Assembly (NCBI GenBank): GCA_031362565.1
Contig: JANLSU010000091.1
Location: 1 to 52,966, forward strand
DNA: 52,966 nucleotides
DNA from: a bacterium
GTDB lineage: Bacteria; Krumholzibacteriota; Krumholzibacteriia; G020349025
Direction: 5' to 3'
In this document: positions 51,248-52,966 of the stretch, in pieces
Position numbering within the stretch: the first letter of the stretch is position 1
Layout of the letters: each line of letters begins with the position of its first letter
Notes under the pieces: generated by a model
The model's input: the letters and a program-made list of their open reading frames with translations, nothing else
Told to the model about the DNA's origin: nothing
The model's database searches: none
Program-made: the position numbers and the translations under genes

Positions 51248-51961
51248 TTGAACAATCACAAGTTAGGATTTCAACGGTCGCTTACGGCGCTGGGTCATCC
51301 GGAATTACAGCGCGCACACCGGACCTGTTCATCGCTCCTTGCTGTGGGAGCCATGGCTTGGGTTGCCTTCTCTCTTGCCGTGGTCGCGCCTGCCAATGCT
51401 ACCAGCGGGGTGGCCAGCTTTTCGGGTGGCGTGGCCACAACCGCGGGACAGCGGTACGGCGGTCTCGCAAACACGACGATTGGCTGGAGCTTCACGGTGG
51501 GAGCCCAAAACATCACCGTGTCAGCCCTCGGGTTCTTCGATCAGGATGGGGACGGGCTCAATACGGCGCACGAGGTTGCGATTTGGACCACCGCGGGTTC
51601 ACTGTTGGGCTCTGAGACGGTTCAATCAGGAACCGCGAGTAACCTCGTGAACGGATTTCGGTTCGAGCCCTTGGGCAGCGCGCTTGTGCTTCTAGCCGGT
51701 CAATCGTACGTCGTCGGCAGCCACATCACGCTCAGCTCATCCGACGTGTTCTGGGCCGGGACAACCGCGACGTATGCCCCGGAGATCACCTATGGCACGG
51801 GCCGTGACATTGAGCAGCCATTTAACCAAGGATTCGCGTTTCCGTCTCGGACGCGAGGCGACATCACCGGTGGTTTCTTTGGCCCGAATTTCCAACTCGA
51901 CGGTTCTGTCGTCGGCGTAGAGTCCGACACGTGGGGCGCCGTTAAACACCTCTATCGCTAG
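51248..51961 (+). CDS. secreted DUF4082-like beta-sandwich protein ending TWGAVKHLYR; start uncertain
   Basis: Signal peptide ending APANA; TIGWSFTV...ITVSALGFFD..GDGL..AHEVAIW...G.LL...NGFRF...FGPNF; GAAGGA before TTG 51248. Confidence 0.75.
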   Translation: MNNHKLGFQRSLTALGHPELQRAHRTCSSLLAVGAMAWVAFSLAVVAPANATSGVASFSGGVATTAGQRYGGLANTTIGWSFTVGAQNITVSALGFFDQDGDGLNTAHEVAIWTTAGSLLGSETVQSGTASNLVNGFRFEPLGSALVLLAGQSYVVGSHITLSSSDVFWAGTTATYAPEITYGTGRDIEQPFNQGFAFPSRTRGDITGGFFGPNFQLDGSVVGVESDTWGAVKHLYR

Positions 51962-51993
51962 AGAGAAGCCGACCTGGAATGTCCCGTGTTTAA

Positions 51994-52035
51994 GCCTCCC
52001 TCCGCTCCCGGGTGGGGGGAGGCCTTCGCCTTTTT
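51994..52035 (+). terminator. probable intrinsic terminator
   Basis: GCCTCCCTCCGCT/GGTGGGGGGAGGC stem (G-U pairs on the + strand), then CTTCGCCTTTTT. Confidence 0.55.
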
Positions 52036-52109
52036 GAACACCGGAGTCGGAGATTATGTGACCGCGGTGGAGCGGGTGACCGGCTGGGTTGTCGCCAGGC
52101 AGTGCCGAT

Positions 52110-52210
52110 GGTTCGAAACGTACAGAAAGGCCCTGCAGCCAACTGGCTACAGGGCCTTCGCTTGGAAACTGGCTCCCCGGTCTGTACGATTTGCGAACCG
52201 TGCGGTTCGA
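52110..52210. repeat. cassette-boundary repeat copy F
   Basis: GGTTCGAAACGTACAGAAAGGCCCTGCAGCCA-ac-TGGCTACAGGGCCTT...AACTGGCTCCCCGGTCTGTACGATTTGCGAACCGTGCGGTTCGA. Confidence 0.92.
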
Positions 52211-52252
52211 GCTTCTACGGGCTGGCCCACGCCCTGCCGTCGCTTCGTTCTG

Positions 52253-52291
52253 ATAACAAAGATTGACAAATTTTGCTATTCAGGGTAGGCT
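52253..52291 (+). promoter_or_regulatory. sigma70 promoter and operator of the parDE-like operon
   Basis: TTGACA(52263)-N17-TAGGCT(52286); imperfect inverted repeat ATAACAAA...TTTGCTAT around the -35. Confidence 0.75.
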
Positions 52292-52297
52292 TCCCGT

Positions 52298-52564
52298 ATG
52301 AACGTCTCGCTCACTCCAGAACTCGAAGACTTCGTGAAGCGCCTGCTCGCCTCGGGGCTTTATACGTCCGCAAGTGAGGTTGTCCGCGACGGGCTGAGGC
52401 TGCTTGCCGAGCGCGAGGTGTTGAAGGAAACCCGCCTCGGGGAACTCCGGAAGCAAATTGCACACGGCCTCGCCGAAGCCCACGCCGGCAAGCTCAAAGA
52501 TGGCGAGGAAGTTCTGCGAGAAGCGGTACGAGCAATTCGCAAACGCAGTAGGAAGAGGGCGTGA
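52298..52564 (+). CDS. parD: ParD-family antitoxin
   Basis: MNVSLTPELEDFV...LASGLYTSASEVVRDGLRLL...LR..I..G. Confidence 0.92.
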   Translation: MNVSLTPELEDFVKRLLASGLYTSASEVVRDGLRLLAEREVLKETRLGELRKQIAHGLAEAHAGKLKDGEEVLREAVRAIRKRSRKRA

Positions 52565-52854
52565 CCCCCTACGTCGTCACCGAGCTCGCCGAGTCCGACC
52601 TCATCGAAATCGCTTCGTACATCGCCGAAGATAACCTTGCGGCTGCGGAACGCGTCCTCGCTGACTTCAAGGCGGCCTTCGAAAAACTCGCTCAAATGCC
52701 CGAGATGGGACATCTCCGCCTCGACCTCGCCGACGAGGAACTACGGTTCTGGTCCGTCCATTCCTACCTGATCATCTACCGCCCGGAGACCAAACCTCTT
52801 CAAGTCGTTCGCGTCCTGAGTGGCTACCGAGACATTCCGGAGCTGCTGCGCTAA
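52561..52854 (+). CDS. parE: RelE/ParE-family toxin
   Basis: AESDL.EI..YIAEDN..AA...LA..PEMGH.R.DL...YLI.YR.....V.RVL.G.RDI; GTGA overlap with parD. Confidence 0.92.
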   Translation: MTPYVVTELAESDLIEIASYIAEDNLAAAERVLADFKAAFEKLAQMPEMGHLRLDLADEELRFWSVHSYLIIYRPETKPLQVVRVLSGYRDIPELLR

Positions 52855-52892
52855 GCACGCCGTTGCTGGAAGCGTCTCGATGAGAGAGTGCC

Positions 52893-52966
52893 GGTTCGAA
52901 TCACAAGAAAGGCCCCACAGCCAAGTGACTGCAGGGCCTTCGCTCACGAAACTGGCTCCCCGTGGT
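52893..52966. repeat. cassette-boundary repeat copy G (cut by the window end)
   Basis: GGTTCGAATC...AAGGCCCCACAGCCA-ag-TGACTGCAGGGCCTT...AACTGGCTCCCCGTGGT. Confidence 0.9.

Larger units (their letters stand above)
39887..52966. mobile_element. putative tandem array of integrase-less cassettes/mini-islands
   Basis: Seven direct copies of the structured repeat, each falling between genes; cargo of TA, Fic, ORF6N and TIR/NTPase genes. Confidence 0.7.

Noticed and set aside
39887..52966. CRISPR array
   Set aside because: Repeats are ~90-100 bp, separated by 0.8-7.7 kb containing whole genes; no cas genes.
39887..52966. Classical integron (attC/intI)
   Set aside because: No tyrosine integrase in the window; the repeats have GTT on the left and AAC on the right and lack RYYYAAC/GTTRRRY boxes; cargo lies in both orientations.

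Overview
High-GC bacterial chromosomal window. Secreted proteins ending in FlgD-Ig/T9SS-type domains or a 'WGxVKxLYR' tail suggest an FCB-group candidate lineage such as Eisenbacteria/Krumholzibacteriota/Latescibacterota (inference only). Bases 1-38,160 are dense housekeeping and metabolic DNA: PPi-type phosphofructokinase, a TIGR00300 protein, an S8 protease, murB, pirin, a DUF6599-DUF362-polyferredoxin-AKR redox cluster, pxpBC-MFS-pxpA, an antiporter, a desaturase, a cysteine synthase plus serA, iaaA, an M61 peptidase, a porin behind a PHO-box-like repeat, an MtrAB-type decaheme/porin pair, DUF2891 and a YeeE/YedE pair. Bases 38,160-52,966 are accessory. They contain seven same-orientation copies of a ~90-100 bp structured repeat (core AACTGGCTCCCCG) that cut the region into six cassettes of 0.8-7.7 kb. 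The cassettes carry a membrane protein, ORF6N, Fic, a kinase-TIR-AAA_35/WD40/kinase block, a secreted DUF4082-like protein and parDE. mazEF and two orphan secreted-protein tails lie just to the left. On the bottom strand the repeat reads like a tRNA-Asn 3' end followed by a covarying terminator hairpin. On the top strand its right arm varies like coding sequence (NWLPGLYDLRT[IV]RF[ED][LIV]xR). No integrase or intact tRNA is visible. This integron-like but non-attC cassette array is the best candidate for an undescribed system. All family assignments come from motif recognition, not database searches.
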